This document shows positions 36,069 through 48,599 of a stretch of 64,000 nt of DNA, in pieces. A model generated the notes under the pieces. The model was given only the letters and a program-made list of their open reading frames with translations, had not been told where the DNA came from and made no database searches. Source of the stretch: Octopus bimaculoides. Lineage: Eukaryota. Numbering within the stretch: position 1 is the first letter of the stretch; each line of letters starts with the position of its first letter. The stretch lies in assembly GCF_001194135.2 (NCBI RefSeq), contig NC_068985.1:81467466-81531465 (forward strand), written 5' to 3'. The translations under genes and the position numbers were made by a program.

Positions 36069-36294
36069 AAAAGGTCCGACTTACACAGAATACAAATATA
36101 CAAATAATATAGAGAATTAAAGGGGTTGAAGAAAGGTATTGAAAATCCAGGGGCTCATCTCATCCTACGATGGAATCAATCTGTTGACATTATTTTGGAC
36201 CACCGAGCCCCCAGAAACAGCTGTTGGATTTGTAATACTTTTCTTCAACCCCTTTTATTCTCTATCATTTGTATTCTGTGTAAGTCGGACCTTT
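36069..36294. repeat. Foldback with ~80-bp arms
   Basis: AAAAGGTCCGACTTACACAGAATACAAAT...GGGGTTGAAGAAAGGTATT mirrored at 36226-36294. Confidence 0.8.
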
Positions 36295-36334
36295 TTGTAT
36301 GCAAACACACATTCACACACACACACACAGATTT

Positions 36335-36560
36335 ATGTGTGTGTGTGTCTGTGTCTATGTTTGTTCCCCGCCCATCGCCTGACAGCTGATGTTGGTGTGC
36401 TTACATCCCCGCAACTTAGCGGTTCCGTAAAAGTGACGGATAGAATAAGTATCAAGCTAACAAAGTATAAGTCCTGGGGTCGATATCTTCGACTAAAAGG
36501 CGGTGCTCCAAAACAGCCGCAGTCAAATGACTGAAACAGGCAAAAGAGTAAAAGAATATA
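36335..36560 (+). mobile_element. SINE family B 3' half
   Basis: Matches the 47900-48107 tail. Confidence 0.75.
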
Positions 36561-36567
36561 TTCATGC

Positions 36568-36611
<44 letters not shown>

Positions 36612-37444
36612 TGTTTTATAGTGAAAATATTACAATGTCTACCTTCTTGTTAGTCTTTTAGTACCGTTGTCGCTGTGTTTCATATTATTGTTTCCGACTT
36701 GACTAAAATTTTAGTATGACGTACATGTTTATGCGGATATTAATTGGGACAAATCTAATCTTACAAATACTAAAATTATAAGATTTAAAAGCTTACAATA
36801 TGAAGTTTGACATTTTAAACATTTAAAGCACGTAGGTTGACAAGGTATCTAGCTATAATGATAAAATCGTAAATTATAAATATAAATATAAATAACATAA
36901 ATAAAAACGAATATATACATATATACATACATACGTACATACATACATACAAAAACATGCATACATACATGAATACATACATGCATATATATATATACAA
37001 AACATACAAAACATATATGTAATAAACGTAATGTGTGCCAGGGAAATAGACCAGGATGTAGACTGGAAGAAAAGAGGGACACAGATTAAGACACAAGCGA
37101 AAAGGAGAATAAAAATGAAGGAAAAGGAAGTAGAGGAGACAATCGTGGGTGAAAGCATATTTGCATATCGATATTTTATAACTCCTATTGGCATTAAAGA
37201 AAATGCTGTTATGGAAAAAGTGTGACTGCGTATTTATGTATGTCTGTATGTCATTATTCAGTTAATTTCAAGATTTCTTGCCAATAAAGAGCCGGTTTCT
37301 AACCTAGATCCAAGGCTCCTTCATTGGAACTTCAACATCAACAACAGGGTATCTTTGTTTGTTTGTATGTATGTATGTTTTTTTATGTATGTGTGCAGAT
37401 TTGTATGTTTTGCTTTATGTATGCATTCTCCTGCATATAGTTTC

Positions 37445-37920
37445 ATATCTAGACATGCTCATATATATTTAAATGATTAACTTCTGGAAAGTTTTACAGA
37501 TTTTTACAGTTCCAGTGATGGATTGGATTTGTAGTCTTCAAATTAGCTTTCTCCTTTCTGGTTTTGNNNNNNNNNNTAACTTCTGGAAAGTTTTACAGAT
37601 TTTTACAGTTCCAGTGATGGATTGGATTTGTAGTCTTCAAATTAGCTTTCTCCTTTCTGGTTTTGAGAAGTCTAATTTCTCAAGATTGGTATTTAGACAA
37701 TGTGTTACATATCGCAGGGCCCCAATAATTACAGGTATAAACCTGAACTTGTAATCTGGATAGAGTAACTGCAGATTTCTCCATAGTTCATCGTAGATAT
37801 TCTCTTTTTCACTAATCTGCAGCTTTATGTTAACATCCACTGGGCAGCTAATTTCCACAACTGTACACAGTTTCTTTTTACTCTATTCCAAATCATTATA
37901 TCAAGTTTGTTGTGCTTACA
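37445..37920 (-). mobile_element. R4/Dong-like RLE endonuclease C-terminus (3' end of a non-LTR element)
   Basis: CKHNKLDIMIWNR...EISCPVDVNI...EKENIY..L...FIPVIIGAL: PD-(D/E)xK-type restriction-like endonuclease pattern. Confidence 0.75.
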
Positions 37921-37976
37921 TATGTATGTATGTATGAATGTATGTATGTATGTATGTATGTATGTAGGTAGGTAGG

Positions 37977-38221
37977 TAAACACACCAACACCGATTGTCA
38001 AGCGGTGGTGTGGGACAAATACATACACGAAGATACATGCACACGTACACGCCTGCACATACGACGGGCTTTTTTCAGTTTCCGCCAACCAAATCTACTC
38101 ACAAGGCTTTGGACACCCCGAGGGGCTATAGTTAGAAGATAATCACTCAAGGTGCTACGCAGTGGGACTGAACCCGGAACCATGTGCTTGGGAAACAAAC
38201 TTTTTACCACACAGCCACGCC
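37977..38221 (-). mobile_element. SINE family B head and start of tail
   Basis: Reverse complement GGCGTGGCTGTGTGGTAA...GGGTTCAGTCCCACTGCG. Confidence 0.8.
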
Positions 38222-38307
38222 TGCACCTTTATATACTTTTGCTGCGGAGAGTTACGGGAGAGAATTTTCCTCTTAGACAACGTGTGTGAAAACACTTTCG
38301 ACTATGA

Positions 38308-38573
38308 ATGACGTCACTGGATCGTAGCACACATCTGTTTCTGCGTTTTTTCTATCGTCAGCTACGAACACCAAATCTACCCTTCGCAAGTGGAAAAGGA
38401 CTATTCGTTCTTATATTAGAACAGCAGACGTTATGTTTGCTGATATGCGTAAAACCTGGTCAAGTTAGAATTAAACGAAGTCTTTTCGGGTTGTGAAGGA
38501 CAGATTTGGTGTTTGTAGCTGACCACACGAAAGAACGCAAAAATGCATTGGCTCTACGATCCGTTAACATCAT
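38308..38573. repeat. Decayed foldback/MITE with ~85-bp imperfect arms
   Basis: GGATCGTAG...GTCAGCTACGAACACCAAATCT mirrored by AGATTTGGTGTTTGTAGCTGAC...CTACGATCC. Confidence 0.6.
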
Positions 38574-38796
38574 ACACAGCCCAAATGGGTTTTCGCTAAT
38601 CTTGGAACAGATTTCTATTTTCGTTGTGAAAGGTCGTTCCATGTCCAGGGGAGAAAGGAGGAGAGGAGGAGTGTAAATAGACACACACAAGTATATATTC
38701 ACACATAGATAAACACATACATACAGAAGCCATTAGACTTCAATTCTCAGAGTAAGATTTTCAATAACTGAGCATATTCATATATACGTAGGTACG

Positions 38797-38898
<102 letters not shown>

Positions 38899-38929
38899 CA
38901 TATGCGTACATGCATACATTCACACACAG

Positions 38930-39060
38930 AGGCCAATGGACTCGTGATTCCATGATCATGAGTTCGATTCTCGTAATGGACAACGCGTTGTGTCCTTGGG
39001 CAAGATATTTCATTTCTGTGGTTCTATTTCACTCATCTGAAAATGAGTTGTGTCTTCTGT
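38930..39060 (+). mobile_element. Decayed CORE-like SINE head
   Basis: GAGTTCGATTC B box followed by GTGTCCTTGGGCAAGATATTTCA...CTCATCTGAAAATGAG. Confidence 0.5.
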
Positions 39061-40376
39061 CGGCAATGAACTTAAAATTTTACAGGTGCGAGTTGTCTTA
39101 GCTTTTAATTCAATTTAGATGTAAGAATAAAAAATTACTAATTTTTGCTTGTTATAATGAAAAATAAATATTTATATTATTGTCTAGTTGTGTCTCTGTA
39201 GGTATTCGTGTGTGTCAGAAAAACTAACGTTTTATGAGTTGAAATGAACTTACATTCTCTACTCTGCATTCTACATATAATCTTTAGTAAAGCCACACAC
39301 ATTTCTGAAAATTGCTATGAAATATACGATATGACCAAGGAAGTTAGTTATTTAATTATGTAAATGAAATATAAAACAAATATGTGCAATGAAAATTCCC
39401 TTGGAGAAATCGCTGTGTAATCAAGACAATTTGATATAATTGAGTTTATATTGATGTGCAGATGTACAAGTAGTTCTATATTAATGCATTCAGCATTGTG
39501 CATTTCAATAGAGCTATACATTTCATGACAATATACGCTTATATATTAATGAATACGTAAAATAGTATAAAAGATTATATAGTACACTGCTGTTTTATTC
39601 TTTGAAATTAGATGTATAAGAAGAAACGTATGTATTCATATATAAGAACATGTTTTATATTTACACATTTGCTTACACACATACAAATACACTCACATAC
39701 ACAGGTATATATATATATATATATATATNNNNNNNNNNNNNNNNNNNNNNNNNNNNNNNNNNNNNNNNNNNNNNNNNNNNNNNNNNNNNNNNNNNNNNNN
39801 NNNNNNNNNNNNNNNNNNNNNNNNNNNNNNNNNNNNNNNNNNNNNNNNNNNNNNNNNNNNNNNNNNNNNNNNNNNNNNNNNNNNNNNNNNNNNNNNNNNN
39901 NNNNNNNNNNNNNNNNNNNNNNNNNNNNNNNNNNNNNNNNNNNNNNNNNNNNNNNNNNNNNNNNNNNNNNNNNNNNNNNNNNNNNNNNNNNNNNNNNNNN
40001 NNNNNNNNNNNNNNNNNNNNNNNNNNNNNNNNNNNNNNNNNNNNNNNNNNNNNNNNNNNNNNNNNNNNNNNNNNNNNNNNNNNNNNNNNNNNNNNNNNNN
40101 NNNNNNNNNNNNNNNNNNNNNNNNNNNNNNNNNNNNNNNNNNNNNNNNNNNNNNNNNNNNNNNNNNNNNNNNNNNNNNNNNNNNNNNNNNNNNNNNNNNN
40201 NNNNNNNNNNNNNNNNNNNNNNNNNNNNNNNNNNNNNNNNNNNNNNNNNNNNNNNNNNNNNNNNNNNNNNNNNNNNNNNNNNNNNNNNNNNNNNNNNNNN
40301 NNNNNNNNNNNNNNNNNNNNNNNNNNNNNNNNNNNNNNNNNNNNNNNNNNNNNNNNNNNNNNNNNNNNNNNNNNNN

Positions 40377-40407
<31 letters not shown>

Positions 40408-41190
40408 TACTTAAACACGAACATTTACCGATAGACAACAATATACGCATACAATTGAATATATATATATATTCATCCAAATAGGCATGTATATACACAC
40501 ATAAGTATATATGTATATATGCATGCATCAGTATGTGCGTATGGATGTATGTATGTGTGTGTGTATATATACATGCATGTATGTACGTTTATATGTACGT
40601 ATGTATATCAAATACGTATGTGTATCTGGTTGGATTCGGTGCATTTGTGGTTCACGTAAGGCATGTGCTTTTTGTTTTATTCTACCTTTGGATTGAATAG
40701 TTTTATGAGTGGAATTTGATTAATGAAACCTAGCAAAAGGGCATCATGTTTCACGAGTCAAATGTTCGCGCTTGGCGATCGCTGTGGCGTGAAACTAGGA
40801 TTGCAAAAAGAGGATTTCAGTTGACATTAGCTATATTTCTAACATGTACTGAGTATATTCTTCTTGTGTACTTAATGGCTCTACAGGATTATCGAACACT
40901 AGGGGTAAGGGTTTTTAAACGTTTCTGATTTGTTGCAGGGGTGACTATTGAAACTTTATTGTTACACATGAAACTTCATTTGGCAATTCACAATTTTGAT
41001 TGTGGCTTTAAATCTATTCCACTCTAATAAGAAAAAATGTTGGATACATTCTTTATTCGTAGTATATTGAAACATGCAACAATTTGTATACATGCATACT
41101 CATATACACCCGTACATACGCATATATACACATGCATTTACACACGCATGCATAAATATATAATGATCATGATTAATGATAATAATAACA

Positions 41191-41276
<86 letters not shown>

Positions 41277-41351
41277 NNNNNNNNNNNNNNNNNNNNNNNN
41301 NNNNNNNNNNNNNNNNNNNNNNNNNNNNNNNNNNNNNNNNNNNNNNNNNNN

Positions 41352-44334
41352 CATCCCTGCCTGTAGAACTTGTCGCGAACCGGTAGCGCTCCCCCCGCCC
41401 CCCAGTAGCACTGCCAGGCGAACGGAAAGTCCTCCGGAACAGACTAGCCAGTTCGTTCTCGTCGGTGCCTAGAGTCTCCCCGAGAACGTCGTCGCACTTG
41501 CTCGCCACTAATTCTCTATAAATTTCTAAAGCGGAACATCCACAGATCCCATTGCCTGACTGATAGATAGTTGCGAACGCCTGACAATATTTTAGGTGCC
41601 AGGCGCCCAGTCTCGGTCTTTTCTTCACCCAGGACTGCAGTTCCGTCAAGGAGACGAGTTGCTGAAAGACGAGCCTCACAAACGGAACCCACACTCTCAC
41701 CGTCCAGAAATCGTTGCAAGGAGGCGTTATCTCAGGGTATGTCTGGGTATTAGGAGCCACGACATACATAATCCGCCACTCAGAGGATGCTGGCAACAGA
41801 CTGACTGCCTGACCATTGGAACGCGTCTTTTCCACAAGAATTTAAATAAGAGACGCTCTAACCTGGTCAAGCAGTATCCGGGACAAGGTACGAAGGTCAG
41901 GCGATAAATGATAAACGAAGGCGATGTAAGCATTTGCCACCTCTGCCTGACCTCTCAGGGACAGCTTTCTTTTAGTCCATTTTTGGGTATGACTGGCTAC
42001 CCTGTTCTGCCACCTCGTCCCAGTTCTTATCGACCCCGAGCACTTTAACTTGTCCGTCGGTCTAGCGTCCGGCGACGCCATCCGATGAAAAAATCCTGCT
42101 TCTGTAGGAACCCAACCGCAAACCAACCGATTTGTCGTTGATTTTAGCTCCTGCAACCGACTCATATTCCTTTAGGATGGTGCCGACCGTCTCCACTTCG
42201 GAGGCATCCGACACGACACCATGATGGTGATATCGTCTGCACATGCTGACACTGCCCTTCCTTGTCCCAGTTTGAAAGGGATGCTCCTTAGCTGTTTCAA
42301 CTTCCGCAACAGTGACTCGAATACCAATACGTATAGAAGAGGTGACAGTGGGCATCCCTGACGGACCGAGCGTGCGATGCCAAACGTTTCCGATAGGTGG
42401 CCGTTTACTTTGACCACTGAACAGGTGCCGCTGTGCATTGCAGCGATCCAGCCTCTGAAAACAGGTCCGAAACCGCCTGCTTTCAAGACGGCATCCAAGT
42501 AGTGATGGTCGACCCTATCGAATGCTCTTGATTGATCCAAATGGATCAGAGCATCCCCGAAGCCAGCTGTGCTCCCAGCCCTCTATATGATGTATCGCAT
42601 AAGGTGGAGGTTGTTGTGGATAGACCTGCTCGGTATTGCGCACATTTTCGCTACCGACGACAAGCGCCAACCTTTTCGCTACCGACGACAAGCGCCAACC
42701 TTTTCGCTAACACCCTAGCCAAAATTTTAAACTCTGTGTTTAGCAGAGTTATGGGCCGAAAATTCTCTAGTACGTCCACATTGTCGGCGTCCTTCCTCAG
42801 TAGTGTCACCACATCTCTGCTAATAGCACTAGGAATTCTCTCGTTCTGTTGCCAGTTGCAGTAGACGTCTGCCAAGAGGTCGTCAAACAAATTTGGCATG
42901 AATACATAGAATTCATAGAGCAGACCATCTAAACCGGGCGATCTGCGACTTGTGTAAACGCTCATCGCCTCCCGAATTTCAGCGGCTGTTATCGGCCTTT
43001 CATATAACCTCGCATCAGCTGCCGAGAGCCGCGGAAAGCCGTCCAGGTACGAACTAAAGTCCAATACCGTCGTCGACCCATCGCCCTCTCAAAACAGCCG
43101 CGTAAAGTGCCGCTGAAAATCCACACACATCTGCTCAGAGTCACGTATCACGCGCCCATCCCGATCCGGCAAAGATCTGATCGTGGTTTTGTTTCTACGT
43201 TGTGTTTCCACCCTTTGAGCCCATCATACAGCTTTAGTTTCTTCCATATCTCTAACAACGCAACCTTCGTGTTTCGCTTCGAAGAAATGATCAAGGGTCA
43301 TTCTCGCCGCTAACGCATCGGTTGCAATGCTCTTTTTAATTGCCTCTTCTAATTTGCTAACTACTTCACCCTCTAATCTATTCCTTTTTATTGCTAACTC
43401 TTTGCTAAACACTATCGATTCTGCTCTAATAGCCCTCTTCAGGGTGGCCCACCACCGGTTGTTGACGATTGTCGCTTAACTAGTTCACTAATCCAGTCCC
43501 TGTAGTCTTTGTGAACCAGAAAGGACGTGTTTAACTTCTAGTTAGGACGTGTTTAACTTCTAGTTAGGACGTGTTTTACTTCTAGTTAGGACATGTTTAA
43601 CTTCTAAGTCCTAACCCGACTGTACAGATAACAAACTTGTGGTTTGTGTAGTCGACTAATTTAAATTGTGGACAACCTACACTATCCGTATCCTCTGACC
43701 TAATAAATACTCTATCTAGATACGATCTGGATGACCCATTGTGGTTGCTCCATGTACACATTGGCACGTCAGGGAAATCCAGTCGATCCCTATCAGATAA
43801 TTGGAAGTCTGTGAGTAGGTTTTCGAGGTTTTTGCATCCCTTCTGTGTACTATCCCCACAGAGTCCAAAAATCTCATTCCAGTCCCCTACTAGAACTAAA
43901 CTGCGAGACGTTCCCAGGAAATTTTCTAGTCACCTGAAGAATTCTGGCCTTCCAGCTCTTGTCGGGGCTGAGACGACCACCAGTCTAAGGGCGCCACCTT
44001 CGCTACCATTCACATCGAGGACCAACCTACCGCCCGAGTCTAAGAAGATTGCCTTTACTTCGAGATCTAAGGATTTTCGGAATAGCACTGCTACCCCGCC
44101 GCCCGCTCCCGACAGACCACATGATAAGAATATTTCATAGTCATCGAAAATGGGTGCTAATTCTTGCATATTACAAATCCTTGTCTCGCTAATTGCAGCC
44201 ACATCTAAATCGAGCGACCTGAGATCGTTTAGCAAGTGACCCTGCTTCCAAGCTGACCTCGGGCCACGAACATTCACACACCCTACTCTGAAAACGACCG
44301 TGTTTATCGGAGAAACAAAATAGAAGAAGGTCAC
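41352..44334 (-). mobile_element. Tx1/L1-clade LINE ORF2 (APE endonuclease, RT, C-terminal Cys-rich region), frameshifted
   Basis: VGCVNVRG, DVAAISETR (endonuclease); SPGLDGL, FRPITLLNTEFKILA, DQSRAFDRVDH, VRQGCPLSPLLY, ADD (RT); LSLRGQAEVANAYI. The 3' end abuts a gap and then an (ATT)n tract. Confidence 0.9.
43523..43606. repeat. 22-bp tandem repeat (~3.8 copies) inside the LINE
   Basis: Unit GGACGTGTTTAACTTCTAGTTA. Confidence 0.9.
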
Positions 44335-44752
44335 TTATTTTGGATTTTGAGAGTGTCGGTTGATTCAGCTGCCTCGTCTGAGGCATTATCATTAGTGAAG
44401 GGCCTTCCTAAAGTCCTCTTATCCGGCTTTAGCCCAATATATTTTGGATATTTTTTAAAGTTCTAGATAAGTGCTCGTGTCCGTTTTTACCAGCTGTCTG
44501 TCATAGGGAGTTTTCGACAGGAATTCGTCGAACCCTAATCCTTTTGCGTGAAGGTTTGTGTTTTCCCTTACTTCTTGCATCAGCTCGCTGTTGCTCTTGC
44601 GAACAACTGTGAAGTTAAAGAGGATTTCTGGTTCTGTGATCAGTTCTATGGGTTGTTCATGTGAATGTTGTTTCCTGGGCGTTTGGTCCTGATATTAATA
44701 TTATCAGCATCAGAAAAAGTGAAATGAATTTAATATTACGGCCCAGATAAAA

Positions 44753-44956
44753 AGTGAACTCGCAGTATCGTTAGCACGCCGGGGAAAATACTTTGCGGCA
44801 TTTCGTTCATCTTTACGTTCTGCGTTCAAATTCCAGCGAGATTTACTTTGCCTTTCATCCTTTCGGAGTTGATAAAATAAGTATCAGTTGAACAACGGGG
44901 TCGATATAATTGACTTATCCCCACTTAAGCTGCTGGCCTTGAGCCAAAATTTGAAA
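44753..44956 (+). mobile_element. SINE family A copy
   Basis: CGTTAGCACGCCGGG...GTTCAAATTCC...GGCCTTGAGCCAAAATTTGAAA. Confidence 0.8.
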
Positions 44957-45216
44957 AATATATACATGCAGATCTCTGTCATTTTTGTTGATGTAAGCTT
45001 ACTAGTGAGTCAGTTATATTGCTAGGTATTGGTGGCAATCCCAATATTATAGTTAAATTTTTTTAACTAGTTTCAGATTTAGCTAGATTAATTAGTCTGC
45101 ATTTCAGGCTTGATTCGAAACCGTCCTAATAATTTTTAATCGTTATAAACAGACTATGCTTAGCTGTATTCTACAGTCAGTATTAAGTTTATCTGCAATG
45201 GATTTGCCTTATCCAA

Positions 45217-45580
45217 TGTTAATATACGTCTGTGTGCTAGCTCGCACTTAATATATTACTTTTGTTATTGTTGAGCAATTGTCTACGTAAACCATTGTCT
45301 GTCTTACAAAGTCTTTTCGTCTTATCTGAGGAGACTAATGCTTTTTTAAAGAATATCTGAAGTTCTTAATGTCTGTAAAAAGTATATGCATGACATTCGT
45401 TTCTCAATTAATGTTAATACAGTCTGTGTGCAAGTGTTCTTGTTGCACTTTTATTATTGTTAAGTAATTGTGCATGTAAATATTATCTACTTCATATAGG
45501 TTTTTTTAGTCCCATCTAAGAAAACTAATGCTTTTTAGAATATCAAAATATGTTAATGTCTACTAACAATTTATGATTGA
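45217..45580. repeat. Diverged tandem duplication, unit ~195 bp
   Basis: AATGTTAATA...GTCTGTGTGC.AG and ACTAATGCTTTTT...TTAATGTCT each occur twice. Confidence 0.6.
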
Positions 45581-46866
45581 GTTTATGCTTTCAAAATCTA
45601 AGGTTTGGCATTTTATCTACACTCCGGTAAAAATTCTTTAAGTCCCATTAACAATTTCAATGCTATATAAATTTCTAACATCAATACTTCACCTTCATCA
45701 TCCACCTGTAAATGATCGTTTCGTATTTGTTTTTGAAATTGCTGGAATTTATTGGATCTCGTTGCAACCTTTGTAGCGTTATCTCCAACTTCTAGAAAAT
45801 ACATTTCTTTAAAGTGGTTTTTTTTTTCCATGTAAATCTGTAAGCTATTTTCCTTACAAATAGTACACATTCTTAATTTTTAATTTACATTTTCGTTTAT
45901 ATACACATTTAATTATAAACTTACAGTTCATATTTTCATTTATATAGTTGCCTGTATAAACACGTTTTTATTTTCTACAGGAAGACATTTTTATTTCACG
46001 AGCCTTCTTCAGTCTCTCCTTGAAACGAAATTTCAAATAACAGTTATTTTTGGTAACTAATGAGATTCAAACATTATTTTCTGAATTCAATTAAAGCTTA
46101 TGCTATTCAAAATATTTTCTGGTGTTCTATTATATACTGTTTTCCGTATTCAGAACCGAAAGATGCGTGGGAATGATTTATCAGTTTCATCTTTCAGTAA
46201 ATATATAGACTCTACATTTAGTATTGACTAGCCTCTATGATAGCTTCCAAGAGACTATTAAGATATAGCATACAGCATTGACATTGCTGCACTGTCTATG
46301 ACGCGTTTGGCTGCAGTGAAGGAACAAAAAAGAAAAAAAGTGGATATATATATGTATATANNNNNNNNNNNNNNNNNNNNNNNNNNNNNNNNNNNNNNNN
46401 NNNNNNNNNNNNNNNNNNNNNNNNNNNNNNNNNNNNNNNNNNNNNNNNNNNNNNNNNNNNNNNNNNNNNNNNNNNNNNNNNNNNNNNNNNNNNNNNNNNN
46501 NNNNNNNNNNNNNNNNNNNNNNNNNNNNNNNNNNNNNNNNNNNNNNNNNNNNNNNNNNNNNNNNNNNNNNNNNNNNNNNNNNNNNNNNNNNNNNNNNNNN
46601 NNNNNNNNNNNNNNNNNNNNNNNNNNNNNNATATATATATCTTTCTGGATAGAAAAACAACAAACAAGCAAACAGAAAACGAGGAAAGAGATAACGGAGT
46701 TGGATTTGCTATGAGTTTGAATAGAGTAGAAGAGTAGAAGCAGACACTGTGTAATGGTTGTGAATGCATCATGGGGTTGAAATTCTCTTCAGCTGGATAA
46801 AGTATATTCGTATAAAATCATATTAACACATTGGCGCGTACTTAGACGTGAGAAAACCTTCTATTT

Positions 46867-48297
46867 ACCAAAAAGGTAAAATTAATAAATGAGGGTGTAA
46901 AATAACACCTACAATTGCTAGAAATGAGAGCTAAATTTTAACTCAAACAGCCACACAAAAAGCACTAACCTCATGAAATATTTGGGACTGCGAGCAGCAA
47001 GCCACATCTTTCTTTGGCGAGATACACTCACAGAATGAAGTAATTTGATAAAACATCATTACGTGATTTCGAATTTTGATCAATATGGTCTTGTTTCTCG
47101 TCAGAGGTTTCCACAATTACTCCGGGTTAAAATTAAAAGTTATTCGTCCATGAGAAAAAACCGTTGAAAAGCGAGTGCTAAAATTCAAAACGGTTAAAGT
47201 GTTTAGTAACATACAAGAAGATATTATAATAATATATTAGCAAGAGTGACTGTGTGGTAAGTAGCTTGCTTACCAGCCACATGGTTCCGGGTTCAGTCCC
47301 ACTGCGTGACACCTTGGGCAAGTGGCTTCTACTATAGCCTCGGGCCGACCAAAGCCTTGTGAGTGGATTNNNNNNNNNNNNNNNNNNNNNNNNNNNNNNN
47401 NNNNNNNNNNNNNNNNNNNNNNNNNNNNNNNNNNNNNNNNNNNNNNNNNNNNNNNNNNNNNNNNNNNNNNNNNNNNNNNNNNNNNNNNNNNNNNNNNNNN
47501 NNNNNNNNNNNNNNNNNNNNNNNNNNNNNNNNNNNNNNNNNNNNNNNNNNNNNNNNNNNNNNNNNNNNNNNNNNNNNNNNNNNNNNNNNNNNNNNNNNNN
47601 NNNNNNNNNNNNNNNNNNNNNNNNNNNNNNNNNNNNNNNNNNNNNNNNNNNNNNNNNNNNNNNNNNNNNNNNNNNNNNNNNNNNNNNNNNNNNNNNNNNN
47701 NNNNNNNNNNNNNNNNNNNNNNNNNNNNNNNNNNNNNNNNNNNNNNNNNNNNNNNNNNNNNNNNNNNNNNNNNNNNNNNNNNNNNNNNNNNNNNNNNNNN
47801 NNNNNNNNNNNNNNNNNNNNNNNNNNNNNNNNNNNNNNNNNNNNNNNNNNNNNNNNNNNNNNNNNNNNNNNNNNNNNNNNNNNNNNNNNNNNNATGTATG
47901 TATATGTTTGTGTGTCCATGTTTGTCCCCCACCATTACTTGACAACCGATGTTGGTTTGTTTAGTCCCCGTAACTTAACGGTTCGGCAAAAGATCCCGAT
48001 AGAATAAGTACTAGGCTTACAAAGAATAAGTCCTGGGGTTGATCTATTCGACTAAGGGCAGTGCTACAGCATGGCCGCAGTCAAATAACTGAAACAAATA
48101 AAAGAATACATATGGGACTGCGAGCAGCAAACCACAACATCTTTCTTTGGCGAGATGTTGTGACTTACTACTTGCAGTCCCAAATATTTCATGAGGTTAG
48201 TGCTTTTGTGTGGCTGTTTGAGTTAAATTTTGGCTCTCATTTCTAGCAATTGTAGGTGTTACTTTACACCTTGATGTATTAAATTTACCTTTCTGGT
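46867..48297. repeat. ~120-bp inverted repeat pair enclosing a SINE
   Basis: 46867-46990 is the reverse complement of 48172-48297. Confidence 0.85.
47243..48107 (+). mobile_element. SINE family B, full layout (tRNA head, microsatellite/gap centre, conserved tail)
   Basis: Head GTGACTGTGTGGTAAG...GGGTTCAGTCCC; tail CTTGACAACCGATGTTGG...AACTGAAACAAATAAAAGAAT. Confidence 0.85.
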
Positions 48298-48599
48298 TTT
48301 AATTGCTATAGCTACCTATGCTATAATGCATTTGATATATCTTAATATATTACTATATTATTTCATCTTATTGTATACTCACACACACACACATATATAT
48401 ATATACATGCATATGTACATGCATGCATACACACAGAAAATTAAGAGGCTGAAGAGTAAATCTTTTAAAAATGACCAAATAAAAATTTTAAACAATAAAC
48501 AATTACAAAAAATAAAAAATATATAAGAATATAAGAAGAAACATTAAAGATTGTATGAAATAACGTATTTTACATGCCCAAGCACTAAATCCTATACCT

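Noticed and set aside
37477-37664. Direct repeat within the R4-like fragment
   Set aside because: Identical sequence either side of a 10-N gap.
43523-43606. CRISPR-like array
   Set aside because: Contiguous repeats with no spacers inside a eukaryotic LINE; no CRISPR or prokaryotic features anywhere in the window.
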